Source: Methanopyrus kandleri AV19 (GTDB taxonomy: Archaea > JAADCQ01 > Methanopyri > Methanopyrales > Methanopyraceae). From it: DNA of 32,000 nucleotides. A model generated the notes under the pieces. The model was given only the letters and a program-made list of their open reading frames with translations, ran no database searches and was not told the DNA's origin. The position numbers and the translations under genes were made by a program. Positions within the stretch are counted from its first letter, which is position 1. Each line of letters begins with the position of its first letter. Shown here in pieces: positions 16,319-25,475 of this stretch. The stretch is from contig NC_003551.1 of assembly GCF_000007185.1 (NCBI RefSeq), positions 1,350,001 to 1,382,000 of the forward strand, written 5' to 3'.

Positions 16319-17176
16319 TCACGGCGAGCCCCGCACCCTGGGGCAGCGCGGATCGGGCATGAGCCGGCCCGCGACGTTCCAGGCGTAGGCGTTGCACCCG
16401 CCCTGGCACTCCTCGAACCTCGGACAGTCCCGGCACGGTCCCTCGGGTTCGAGCCCCCTCATGCCTTCGAACTCGTCGAGGTCCGCCAGCGTGTACGTCT
16501 TCCAGTGCTGACACGGCGTCAGCTCGCCGTCCGCCCGGACGTGGAGGTTGTACTCCCCGTGCCGACACGAGCTGAAGGGCACCTCCTCCTGGTAGGGCAT
16601 CCCGGCGAGACAGGCCCGCCTCAACCCGCGGACCAGCCCGGGCAGCTCGTCGTGCGGGTAGTCGTCCAGGGGATCGTCGGGTCCCGGGGGTACGTACGCG
16701 ATGACGAAGTGCGCCGCGGCGCCCAGCTCGACCGCAACCTCGTTGACCCTCCTGAGCTCGCCGTAGGTGTCCCGACAGGCCACGGTGTTGGCGTACACCT
16801 CGTCCGGCTCGAGCCGGGCCACCTCCTCCCAGGTCCTCAGGGCGCCCTCCAGCCCGTACCCCCGGTGCGGCTCGAGGGCCACGTAGACGTGGTCGACGTC
16901 GGCCAGGGCGGGGTGGACCTCCGTGGCCACGTTGACGCCCACGCCGGCGTCGTACCTCCGGCACAGTTCGACGAGTTCCCCGAACCTGGGGTGTAGGCAG
17001 GGCTCGCCGCCCGTCAGGATCACGAAGTCCAGGTCGTACCGGTCCGCGACCTCGGCCAGGATCCGCTCGAGGACCTCCGGGTCCAGGTGCCCGGCGCGCC
17101 GCGTCCCCCGGAGGTTGCAGTGCGGGCAGTCGTGGGGGCACTCGGTGGTCACGTCCACGGTCACGTGGAAGGACAA
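16319..17176 (-). CDS. Radical SAM protein with SPASM/twitch-like C-terminal Cys cluster
   Basis: CPHDCPHC (CxxxCxxC), ILTGGEPCLHP, then SSCRHGEYNLHVRADGELTPCQHW...GPCRDCPRFEECQGGCNAYAW. Confidence 0.9.
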   Translation of the reverse strand: MSFHVTVDVTTECPHDCPHCNLRGTRRAGHLDPEVLERILAEVADRYDLDFVILTGGEPCLHPRFGELVELCRRYDAGVGVNVATEVHPALADVDHVYVALEPHRGYGLEGALRTWEEVARLEPDEVYANTVACRDTYGELRRVNEVAVELGAAAHFVIAYVPPGPDDPLDDYPHDELPGLVRGLRRACLAGMPYQEEVPFSSCRHGEYNLHVRADGELTPCQHWKTYTLADLDEFEGMRGLEPEGPCRDCPRFEECQGGCNAYAWNVAGRLMPDPRCPRVRGSP

Positions 17177-17296
17177 GGACGGCGGCCCCGGGTCGGACCG
17201 CGGGACGGGGACGAAAGCGTTTCCCGGTCCCGAACCGAGACGGTCACGGGTACCCTCACCGGAGGGATCGAGGAGGGGGCGTAGTCCGGTACCGCC

Positions 17297-18256
17297 TCAC
17301 CGCCTTCTCACCGTCAGCGGCACCGGTAATAACGGTAGTACCCAGACCGGGAGCCCCGATTCTTCACCGCCGCCCCTCTCCGGGAACAGGAACTCGACGT
17401 TCGAGTGCTCGCTCATCACCCGCCGAAGCTCCTCCTCGCTAGCACCCTGCCCGTACATCCGGACGACCTTGTCGATGAACCGGACCAACGGGTCGTCCCT
17501 CGGCGCGCCGAACTTCACGTACAGGGGTTCGACCCCCGAGCCCGTGCGCAGGACGGCCCCTTCGGGGTACTCCACCAGCTCCCCGGAGAGTTTCTCGATC
17601 AGCGCCGCGTCCGTGATCTCCTCCCTGTCCACGAGGATCCTACCGTCCTTCAGGTCGAAGGTCACGATGATGGCCAACGGCTTGCCCCCCTCACCGAACC
17701 CCAGGACCCTCATGACCACCCGGTCCGAGTATACCTCGTACTCAACGTCCGACACCGAGAGGCCACCCAAATCCTCCCTGTCGATCACCCGGTCACCCTC
17801 CTTCAGGACCGCGATGTAATACGGTGGGCCACCCACGACCAGTTTCTCCTCCACCCCGCAGACGTAGTCGCCGACGAGGACGGTCACACTATCGAACCCC
17901 GAATTCGCGACCACCGCGGGATCACGCACGCTCTTCGAGACCTGGATCGACTCCCTACCCGCCTCGGTCACCGTGGCCAGCTGAACCTCCACCCGAACGC
18001 TACCCGGTCCGACGGTCACCGTGGCCGGCCCGTCGGTACCCACGAACAGGTCCCTGTCCGGTAGGTAGACCAACCGATGGTGCCAATCACTGTAATCCAC
18101 GATCACGCGCGGGTCGTCCTTCCACTTGGGTAGTACCTCGGACTCGAGGTACTCCTTCAGGAACGCCTTGTCCTCGGACAGACTCCCCCGGATCAGCAGT
18201 TCTCCTGAGGCTGGGGCTAGTGCTAGGACTAGTCCTAGGACGAGGTAGGGGAGCAA
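17297..18256 (-). CDS. Secreted/anchored extracellular-domain protein, solo paralogue of the domain in 7826..10414
   Basis: Signal peptide MLPYLVLGLVLALAPASG; hydrophobic C-terminus LPVWVLPLLPVPLTVRRR; extended similarity to extracellular domain 1 of the 862 aa protein. Confidence 0.85.
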   Translation of the reverse strand: MLPYLVLGLVLALAPASGELLIRGSLSEDKAFLKEYLESEVLPKWKDDPRVIVDYSDWHHRLVYLPDRDLFVGTDGPATVTVGPGSVRVEVQLATVTEAGRESIQVSKSVRDPAVVANSGFDSVTVLVGDYVCGVEEKLVVGGPPYYIAVLKEGDRVIDREDLGGLSVSDVEYEVYSDRVVMRVLGFGEGGKPLAIIVTFDLKDGRILVDREEITDAALIEKLSGELVEYPEGAVLRTGSGVEPLYVKFGAPRDDPLVRFIDKVVRMYGQGASEEELRRVMSEHSNVEFLFPERGGGEESGLPVWVLPLLPVPLTVRRR

Positions 18257-18269
18257 GCCGGCACCCCTC

Positions 18270-19088
18270 TCAGGTCGGTAGTGGGATTAGACTGGCCAGT
18301 TGTACCGCGAGCGTGACGACCTGGGCTAATATGCTCAGGAAGGTCCCCAGGGTCCCGAGGAGGGTCGGCTGTAGTACCGAGAGACCCGCGAGCGCGAGCC
18401 CCACGACCGCTCCAAGGGTCGCGAGGTTCAGCCGGAACCTTCCAACCCGCTCGACAGTACGAGCCTTCTCAAGCTTCCTCTCGTGAGACTTCAACCTCAC
18501 CCACGCGGAATTCACCATCTTAGCCACATTATACGCAGTCTCCCTAAGACTAGCAGACAACCCGATAACACCCGCCTCCGAGGTTAAAATACCCTTAATC
18601 TTACCCTCAAATTCACCCTTATCCATCCTACCATTCAAGAAATCATTACAAGCGTTGATAGCCTCGTCCAACATCCTGTTCAGATCGTTTAAGTCTCTCA
18701 GGGCGTAGTACAAGCTGAATCGTGCCATTAGTATACCATTATCGCCATCCAACACGTCAACTACCAACTCCTTATCATCCTTATACTTATTAAGAGTATT
18801 CAGGATGTCTTGTACTGTGTTGATGGACCATTCGTACACTGGTACTGACTCGTCCAAATACCTCTTCGACAATTCTACATTACCCTTAATACTCGATAAA
18901 TCAGCCCCCTTCTTCTCACAATCAGACATTAGTTTAAGCAATTTATCACACTTACCAGACGCTTGCACCACCCCATCTTTAACCTTACCCGCAACCTGCA
19001 AACAATCACTAACCAACCCCACTTGCGACGCACCAACAGGGATATTAGACACCAGTAGAACCCCTATAAGAAGCCACATTAACCTCAA
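18270..19088 (-). CDS. Secreted helical/coiled-coil protein with C-terminal hydrophobic hairpin
   Basis: Signal peptide MRLMWLLIGVLLVSNIPVGAS; helical body; C-terminal LATLGAVVGLALAGLSVLQPTLLGTLGTFLSILAQVVTLAVQLASLIPL. Local DNA is clearly more AT-rich than its surroundings. Confidence 0.8.
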   Translation of the reverse strand: MRLMWLLIGVLLVSNIPVGASQVGLVSDCLQVAGKVKDGVVQASGKCDKLLKLMSDCEKKGADLSSIKGNVELSKRYLDESVPVYEWSINTVQDILNTLNKYKDDKELVVDVLDGDNGILMARFSLYYALRDLNDLNRMLDEAINACNDFLNGRMDKGEFEGKIKGILTSEAGVIGLSASLRETAYNVAKMVNSAWVRLKSHERKLEKARTVERVGRFRLNLATLGAVVGLALAGLSVLQPTLLGTLGTFLSILAQVVTLAVQLASLIPLPT

Positions 19089-19121
19089 CCCACCACACCC
19101 CCGTCGCGTTTCGCTCTTTGT

Positions 19122-19865
19122 TCATATCTTCATCATTACAGGTATTCCGAACGTACTCTCAAGCATGAGAGAAAGGATGGTGTAATAAGACATGCTGAGC
19201 ATAGTACGTATGTCTCCGGTAAGCAGGTCCCGGAAGATCTGAATCACGAGGAGGTGTACCTTTTCGGGCTCGGGGAACCACGACGCGTTGAGGTGATAGT
19301 GAACCTCCATGGCTATGGGTAGGGGTAGGACCGTGAGCAGGGCGTGTACGAATACGTAGTTCAACGCGATGTAACGTAGCAGCGAGACGACGTCCTTCCT
19401 CCCCCACAACGTCCGGCTCTTCCACAGGCCTTCCAAGAGACCGTACGCCAGACCGGAGACTACTCCCGGCACTCCCAACTCGATCGCCACCAGCCGTTTG
19501 AACGGCTCCTCCACGAGCGGGGCCAGGGTGGTCCTCGAGTACCAACGGTCCAGTACGGCACCGAAGGCTCTCTCGGCCGCCCACTCCCACGCCGCCGCGA
19601 TTACCGGGGCTACGAACAATCCGAACGGTCCGAGCGGTCTGAGTCGCTCTATCGCCGTCTTGAAGATCACCACGGACACCAGCGGGAACAACAGGTCTCG
19701 GAACGCTGTCACCGGCAGGATTACCGCCGCATCGTTGTACATCCATCCGGCCGGGTGTCGGCACCTGATCTCGACGCTCAGACCGTTGATCGTCACGTAC
19801 AGTCCGGCTACGGGACCCAACAACGCGGGAATGAACGCGAGGGGACTGTCGGTGATCTCACGCAT
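19122..19865 (-). CDS. PrsW/CPBP-like putative intramembrane metalloprotease
   Basis: Multi-TM with TTLAPLVEEPFKRLVAIELGVPGVVSGLAYGLLEGLWKSR...YVFVHALLTVLPLPIAMEVHYHLNASWF: EExxKR, YGLLE, H and HxxxN-like motifs in membrane segments. Confidence 0.65.
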   Translation of the reverse strand: MREITDSPLAFIPALLGPVAGLYVTINGLSVEIRCRHPAGWMYNDAAVILPVTAFRDLLFPLVSVVIFKTAIERLRPLGPFGLFVAPVIAAAWEWAAERAFGAVLDRWYSRTTLAPLVEEPFKRLVAIELGVPGVVSGLAYGLLEGLWKSRTLWGRKDVVSLLRYIALNYVFVHALLTVLPLPIAMEVHYHLNASWFPEPEKVHLLVIQIFRDLLTGDIRTMLSMSYYTILSLMLESTFGIPVMMKI

Positions 19866-20661
19866 GGTGTTGAGGATCTTCAGTGCCGTCGCGAGACGTG
19901 AGCCCCGGAGGGGGTCCGGGCACGCCGAACTCGACCCATACGACCTCGGTCCCGTCCGGTGTCCTGACCAGCACGGCGTCCTGAACCTCAGAGACGCGTT
20001 TCAACCGGGACCTCAGCTCTCTCAGCGTCGTCTCATCTATCGCACTCTCGCTGAACGTCGCGCTCTTACCGTTGAAGTTCAACGAAACGGTGACCGCGAT
20101 CCGACGTTCTAAGTCGTAAAACCTGACTTCCGCAACGCCTCTGCGGGCGTCAAACCGGTACTCGTAGTAGTCAGCCGAAGGCGCGCGGAAGAAGTTCGAA
20201 GCACTTCTCCAATACTTTTCGTACCGAATCTCCGCCTCGGGAACTACTCTCCCGTCCAGCCTCGCGAAGATCACTCCGATCGGACTCACGAACGCCGCCG
20301 TACCGTCGCGCAGGAGCGTCACCGGGGCCGGGGCGCCGAGCCGCAGGAGGACGTTTTCCAGGCAACCGGAGACCACGGCGGGGGTTCGGAGGCCGACGTG
20401 GAACTCGCCGAACGACGTTTGGACCCTCAGCTCGTTCCTCTCGAGGAACGTTTGAGGGCGGTTATCGGTGAGGAGGTCAGCACTCGGGATCAAGGTGAGA
20501 TAGTGAATGGGAAGGTCGTCGGCGACGAGGCGACATCGGTCCAGGTCGTGGGACTTCAGACAGGAGAGCGCTTCGAGGTAGTCGGCCACCGTATTACCTT
20601 CAATAACGTCGTCAAGCGCGAATGCTGGACTGAGCGGAATGAGAAACATAATGAGAAACAT
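19858..20661 (-). CDS. Secreted extracellular-domain protein paired with the membrane protein 19122..19865 (8-nt overlap)
   Basis: Signal peptide MFLIMFLIPLSPAFA; ...AEVRFYDLERRIAVTVSLNFNGKSATFSESAIDETTLRELRSRLKRVSEVQDAVLVRTPDGTEVVWVEFGVPGPPP matches the other extracellular domains (VQVGVLKTPSGALPLFARFQPPWEDP; GAVLRTGSGVEPLYVKFGAPRDDP). Confidence 0.75.
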   Translation of the reverse strand: MFLIMFLIPLSPAFALDDVIEGNTVADYLEALSCLKSHDLDRCRLVADDLPIHYLTLIPSADLLTDNRPQTFLERNELRVQTSFGEFHVGLRTPAVVSGCLENVLLRLGAPAPVTLLRDGTAAFVSPIGVIFARLDGRVVPEAEIRYEKYWRSASNFFRAPSADYYEYRFDARRGVAEVRFYDLERRIAVTVSLNFNGKSATFSESAIDETTLRELRSRLKRVSEVQDAVLVRTPDGTEVVWVEFGVPGPPPGLTSRDGTEDPQHHA

Positions 20662-20728
20662 GAGGAGGGTAAAAATGGGCGATGGGCCTGCGTTCAGGCG
20701 CTGATACCCCCTCTTCTTGCCGCTAGCA

Positions 20729-21621
20729 TCAGTATATCATTAGTGCGGCGACAACCACGATCGGTGCTACCGGTATCCACTCCCTCTCGATGTCGTCTAT
20801 CGTGGTAGCGTTGTCGTCACAATAGTATCCTGAGTGCGCCTCGACGTCGTCGTCGGTAATGACGCGAGGCGCTAGATAGAGTTGCATGTAGCTGTTGCCC
20901 GCGTCGCCGGTGGGATCCACGTGCACCCACCTGAAGTCTTGGTTATAGAACGCAACCCAAGCATGTCCTTCGCCCGCCAATAGCCCACCTACGACTTTCG
21001 CCGGTATCATCGCCGCCCTCATCAGAGCTACTGCCAGGACAGCGTGCCCAGCACAGTTCCACCCACGCCAGTATTCCTTCAACACCTGCAACGGTGTGAA
21101 CTCTGTCCAATCCATGTCGCCCGGCGTGCTGTAGTCCCTCGCGGGGATCTTACTAGCCACCCAGTAGGCGATTCTCACCGCGGCCTTGAACAGTTGGGAT
21201 TCGAGCGTACCCCCGTTCATTGCCTGTACAGCGTTTGCGAAATCCCTCTCGCTGACTTTACCCCACGTCACTTCACCCCAGTAGGGAACATCTTTCGTGG
21301 AACAGTCGAGAGTATTTGGCGACTCGGCCACCTGAACTACCTTCAGCGGTGTTGGATCCTCCTTACGCTCCGGAGCTACGTAGACGATGTACTTGACGGC
21401 TTTGACCCAGTTGCTCAGCGGCCAGGTGGGTCCGTTCGACGAGTGGAGCCAATCCACGACCTCACTGTTCCTCGTCACGTACTTCTTGATGTAATCTTCT
21501 TGATGTAATCAGGTTGGTTGGCGACCCAACCGGCCCATGGGGGTAGGTCGCCACAAGCCGCTCCCGTGATCGCCACTACCAGCGCGGTCGTGAGGAGGAC
21601 GGTCACCCTCAACGAGTCCAT
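20729..21621 (-). pseudogene. Secreted, membrane-anchored transglutaminase-like (papain-like) protein split by a 14-bp tandem duplication
   Basis: Upstream fragment MDSLRVTVLLTTALVVAITGAACGDLPPWAGWVANQPDYIKK then a frameshift. The downstream ORF contains GWNCAGHAVLAVALMRAAMIPAKVVGGLLAGEGHAWVAFYNQDFRWVHVDPTGD (Cys-His-Asp) and a C-terminal TM WIPVAPIVVVAALMIY. Confidence 0.85.
21482..21509 (-). repeat. Perfect 14-bp tandem duplication within the transglutaminase gene
   Basis: + strand cttcttgatgtaat x2 (21482-21495, 21496-21509); minus strand ATTACATCAAGAAG x2. Confidence 0.95.
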
Positions 21622-21766
21622 GCGACCGCCCCGGTACCCCGGTGACCTTCTTAAACGTAACGATTTTCTTTTTGAAACCTAACGAGCAAAAACACAACAG
21701 ATGAAAACGTAACGGATTCCGAGCGGAGCGTAGCGTCGAAGGACCGCGACGGGCTCGGGCCCGGCC

Positions 21767-24700
21767 TCACTCGAACTTCCTCCGGATCTCCCTGATCCGC
21801 TCGATCGTCTCCTCGTCGGCGTCCCAGTAGCCCCGCTCGTGCGCCTCCAGCAACCTGGAGGCGATCTCGCGGACCGCCGCCGGGTTCAGCTCCTCCATGC
21901 GCTCCCGGGTCTCCTCGTCGAAGAGGTACTCGCGGGCCACGCCCTCCCAGATCCAGTCCTCCACGGAGTCCGTCGTCGCCGCGAGACCGACCAGGTACTC
22001 GACCCGCTTCGCGATCTCCCGGCACCCGTCGTAACCGTGCTTCAGCATGTGGCGCTTCCACTTCTCGTTCAGCAGCCGGGACACCGCCCCCGACCTGACG
22101 ACGGTCTCCAGGTCGTGGACCTCGGGGTCCCGACCCGAGCACGAGTCGATCACGTACGTCTCGGCGTCCTCAGCGGCCGCGGTCAGCCCGCCGAGGAACT
22201 CGTAGTAGTGGTCGAGGTCGATGATGTCGTACGACCGGTGGGACCTCACCTGCGCGGTCGCGTCCTGCCGGCCCGCCACGGCCTCGAAGAGCCCGCGAGC
22301 CTCCTCGCCGTGGACCCCCTCTCCGTAGACGTAGCCCATGTCGTTCAGGTACGCGTCGATCAGCTCGGACTCGTCGTCCCAGTCCGAGGACTCGACCTTG
22401 GAACGCATGTTGTCGGCGGCGTAGAGGTCGGGCCTGGGCCCGAACACGCGGGACTCGGGCCGCCCGTGCCCCTCCTCCCGCAGCTCCCGGACGTGCTTCC
22501 TCACCGGGTTGACGTCCTCGGGCTCGTCGAGCTCCGCCACCTTCCGGACCGCGCGGTCGATCAGCTCCACCACGTTCGGGAACGTGTCCCGGAAGATCCC
22601 GCACATCGTCACGACCACGTCCACCCTGGGCCGGTCCAGCTCCTCCGCCGGCACCGGCTCGACGTCGATGACGTTGCCCGCGTCGTCCCGCACCGGCCTG
22701 ACCCCGAGCAGCTCGAAGATCATCGCCACGGTCTCGCCGCCCGTCTGCATCGTCTCGAAGGCCCAGAGGACGAGCCCCACCGTCTCCGGGTACTCGCCGT
22801 GCTCCTCACGGTAGCGCTCCAGGAGCTCCCTCACCGCCTTCCGGGCGCGCTCCTCGGCCTCGGGGGTCGGGATCCGCCTGGGGTTCAGAGCGGTCAGGTT
22901 GCGACCGGTGGGTACGACCTCGGGGTTCCGCTCGATCTCCCCTCCCGGGGACGGCTCGAGGTAGTCCCCGCGCAGCGTGCGCAGGAGGGACTCGGTCTCG
23001 CGGTCGTAGGACTCGATCAGCCCGTCGACGAGCTCCCTGACGGCGTCCGGGTCGGCGAAGACCTCCGACAGCCGGTCCTCCCCCTCCTCGACGTACTCCC
23101 GCACGACCTCGACGGCCTCCTCCCGGTCGGCGTCCAGCAGGTCCCTCGACTCGGCGTAGCTCACGGCCGTCTCGGCGACCAGCTCGGGGTCCGGGTCCGC
23201 CCCGACCACGTGGAGCCCGCACGGGATCCGGTCCCTCAGCGCCCGGCGGACCATCGATTCCACCGCGCCCACGTACGCGTCGTCGTCCTCGACCTCGACC
23301 CGGATCCCGGCCGCCTTGGCGATCTCGCGGAGCTCCTCGACGTCCTCCCGGCCCTCCCGGACGGCCTCGCAAAGCCGCAGGAGCTCCCGGTAACCCTTCA
23401 GCTCCGGGTCGGCGAGCGGCGGGTGCAGGTGCGAGACCATGTACGCGTACGTCCGGTGCTTGGCGATCGCGGCCTCGGACGGGTTGTTCACGTTGTACAG
23501 GTACACGTGCGGGATCGGCGTGATGAGGAGATCCGGGAAGCACGCCTCGGAGAGCGCCTTCTCCTTGCCCGGCAGGAACTCCAGGGTCCCGTGCGTACCG
23601 AAGTGCAGGACAACGTCCGCGCCCCACTCGCGCCGCAGCCACTCGTAGAAGCAGACGTAGTAGTGCGTGGGCGGCGTGTCCTCGTGGTATGACTCCTCCG
23701 ACTCGTGGAGGCCCCGCGTCGGCTGGAAGCCCACGAACACGTCGCCCAGGTCGAGCCCGAAGATCGGGAACGCCCCGTCCACGAGCAGGGGGTCCTCCTC
23801 CGGTTCACCCCAGGCCTCGAGCACGCGCTCCCGGGACCCCTCCGGGAGCTCCTCGAACCACTCCCGGTACCGGTCGAGCGGGACCTCGTCCGCCGCGGGC
23901 ACGTCCTCGGGTCGTCGGTGCCGCAAGTCCGGGTTACCCAGCCGCCTGAGCACGTCGTCCGTGACCCGGTCGAGGTCCACCTCGAGGTCCAGCCCGTCCC
24001 TCAACAGCTCCAGCACGTTCCGCAGGCTCGAGAACGTGTCCAGGTACGCGGCCTCGCCCACGTTCTCCTCACCCGGCGGGTAGTTGAACAGGACGATCGC
24101 CACCCTCCTCGGGCCGCGCCGCCGCAGCTCCAGCCACCTGTACACGAGCTCCGCCGCGCGGTCCACGTTCTCCCGGATCGGCTCCATCGCGTGCAAGGGG
24201 ACGTCCTCGAAGCGGCCGACCTCCGACTGACAGGCCACTGGCGGTAGGAAGATCGCCGAGTCCAGCTCCGGCAGGGACACGTTGATGAGCAGGCTCAGCG
24301 GGTCCATCCCGAACTCGTTCTCCTCCCACTCCTCGCGGTCCAGGTACCAAACCTGCGGGGCCACGAAGTACGGGACGTCCCAGCGCCGGAGCAGCTCGAT
24401 CCCCCGCTCGACCTCGCCGCCCATCGGGCCGCCGACGATCCTGAAGCAGGTCAGGGCGACCACCGCGTCCGGGCGCTCGTCCCCGAAGAACCGCGTCAGG
24501 GTCCCGTAGGCGTCGATCGAGCAGTAGGCCCCCACCGCGCCGACGCCGCGCTCCCGGAGCGCCTCGATGACCGCGTCCACGTGCTCCGTGTTCCCGTTCG
24601 TGTAGAAGAACTTGTAGAACGTGACCGGGACGAGCGTCCCGTACTCCTCACGGAGCTCCCGCAGGAAGTCCACGTCGATGAGGCCCTCCTCCGGGTCGTA

Positions 24701-25318
24701 CAGCGCGCGGCCCGGGACCTCTTCGGGCGGGTCGGGCTCCCGCAAGTCCGCGCCCGCGAGCTCCCCGGCCAGGTACAGGAGCATGTTCTCGACGTTGTCC
24801 GCGCCGCCGTAGTCCCAGTACCGGAACGCCCGCATCGCGATCTTCAGCTTCTTGAGCGCGCCGAACCAGCCCATCCTTTCCGCGAACTTGGCCCCGCGCT
24901 CCAACGCCTCGTCCATCCGGACCCCGGAGAGGTTGTCCTTGCGGCGTTCCATCATCCGCCCGAAGAACCGGAAGAGGCGGCTCTTCTCGAGCCCCAGGCT
25001 CTTGAACGAGGCCCGCATGACCTCGAAGCAGGAGTGGACGGCCACGAAGGGCGTCTCCTCCGCGATCGCGTCCAGGTCGACGGCCTCCGCCGTGGCGGAG
25101 TCCATCACGTTCAGGACCGCGAAGTCCGCCCTCCGCATCGCCTCCTCGAACTCCTCGGGCCGCTCACGTAGATCCCACATGTAGAACATCTCGACGTCGA
25201 TCTCACCCTTCAGACGCTCCGCGGCCTTCGCGACGCTGAGCGAGTACGGTTGGTGACCGACCACGACCACGGCCCTGACCACGCGCGGCCCCTGGGCACG
25301 CACACGGTAGGCGGTCAT
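21767..25318 (-). CDS. cobN: CobN/BchH-family chelatase large subunit-like protein
   Basis: About 1180 aa. Characteristic blocks VVLHFGTHGTLEFLPGKEKALSEACFPDLLITPIPHVYLYNVNNPSEAAIAKHRTYAYMVSHLHPPL, VALTCFRIVGGPMGG, AIVLFNYPPGEENVGEAAYLDTFSSL and VEDWIWEGVAREYLFDEETRERM. Start probably MTAYRVRA at 25318 rather than 25339. Confidence 0.92.
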   Translation of the reverse strand: MTAYRVRAQGPRVVRAVVVVGHQPYSLSVAKAAERLKGEIDVEMFYMWDLRERPEEFEEAMRRADFAVLNVMDSATAEAVDLDAIAEETPFVAVHSCFEVMRASFKSLGLEKSRLFRFFGRMMERRKDNLSGVRMDEALERGAKFAERMGWFGALKKLKIAMRAFRYWDYGGADNVENMLLYLAGELAGADLREPDPPEEVPGRALYDPEEGLIDVDFLRELREEYGTLVPVTFYKFFYTNGNTEHVDAVIEALRERGVGAVGAYCSIDAYGTLTRFFGDERPDAVVALTCFRIVGGPMGGEVERGIELLRRWDVPYFVAPQVWYLDREEWEENEFGMDPLSLLINVSLPELDSAIFLPPVACQSEVGRFEDVPLHAMEPIRENVDRAAELVYRWLELRRRGPRRVAIVLFNYPPGEENVGEAAYLDTFSSLRNVLELLRDGLDLEVDLDRVTDDVLRRLGNPDLRHRRPEDVPAADEVPLDRYREWFEELPEGSRERVLEAWGEPEEDPLLVDGAFPIFGLDLGDVFVGFQPTRGLHESEESYHEDTPPTHYYVCFYEWLRREWGADVVLHFGTHGTLEFLPGKEKALSEACFPDLLITPIPHVYLYNVNNPSEAAIAKHRTYAYMVSHLHPPLADPELKGYRELLRLCEAVREGREDVEELREIAKAAGIRVEVEDDDAYVGAVESMVRRALRDRIPCGLHVVGADPDPELVAETAVSYAESRDLLDADREEAVEVVREYVEEGEDRLSEVFADPDAVRELVDGLIESYDRETESLLRTLRGDYLEPSPGGEIERNPEVVPTGRNLTALNPRRIPTPEAEERARKAVRELLERYREEHGEYPETVGLVLWAFETMQTGGETVAMIFELLGVRPVRDDAGNVIDVEPVPAEELDRPRVDVVVTMCGIFRDTFPNVVELIDRAVRKVAELDEPEDVNPVRKHVRELREEGHGRPESRVFGPRPDLYAADNMRSKVESSDWDDESELIDAYLNDMGYVYGEGVHGEEARGLFEAVAGRQDATAQVRSHRSYDIIDLDHYYEFLGGLTAAAEDAETYVIDSCSGRDPEVHDLETVVRSGAVSRLLNEKWKRHMLKHGYDGCREIAKRVEYLVGLAATTDSVEDWIWEGVAREYLFDEETRERMEELNPAAVREIASRLLEAHERGYWDADEETIERIREIRRKFE

Positions 25319-25475
25319 AACGTTTTCACACCAGCCCACCGGGAGAGTGAGAAAACGTAACTCCGACCGGGTTGAGGTTGTTCCACCCTGAACCCTCGGC
25401 CCGTGCGTCCGGGGTCCGCCCGCCGCGGAACCCGTAACTTTACATTGCGCAACGTGTTATAGGACGGCGGGCGGG

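Noticed and set aside
21839-23692. 617 aa plus-strand ORF antisense to the CobN/BchH-like gene
   Set aside because: Highly repetitive Val/Leu/Arg/Pro/His composition is the mirror of the real gene's codons in GC-rich DNA; no domain-like sequence.
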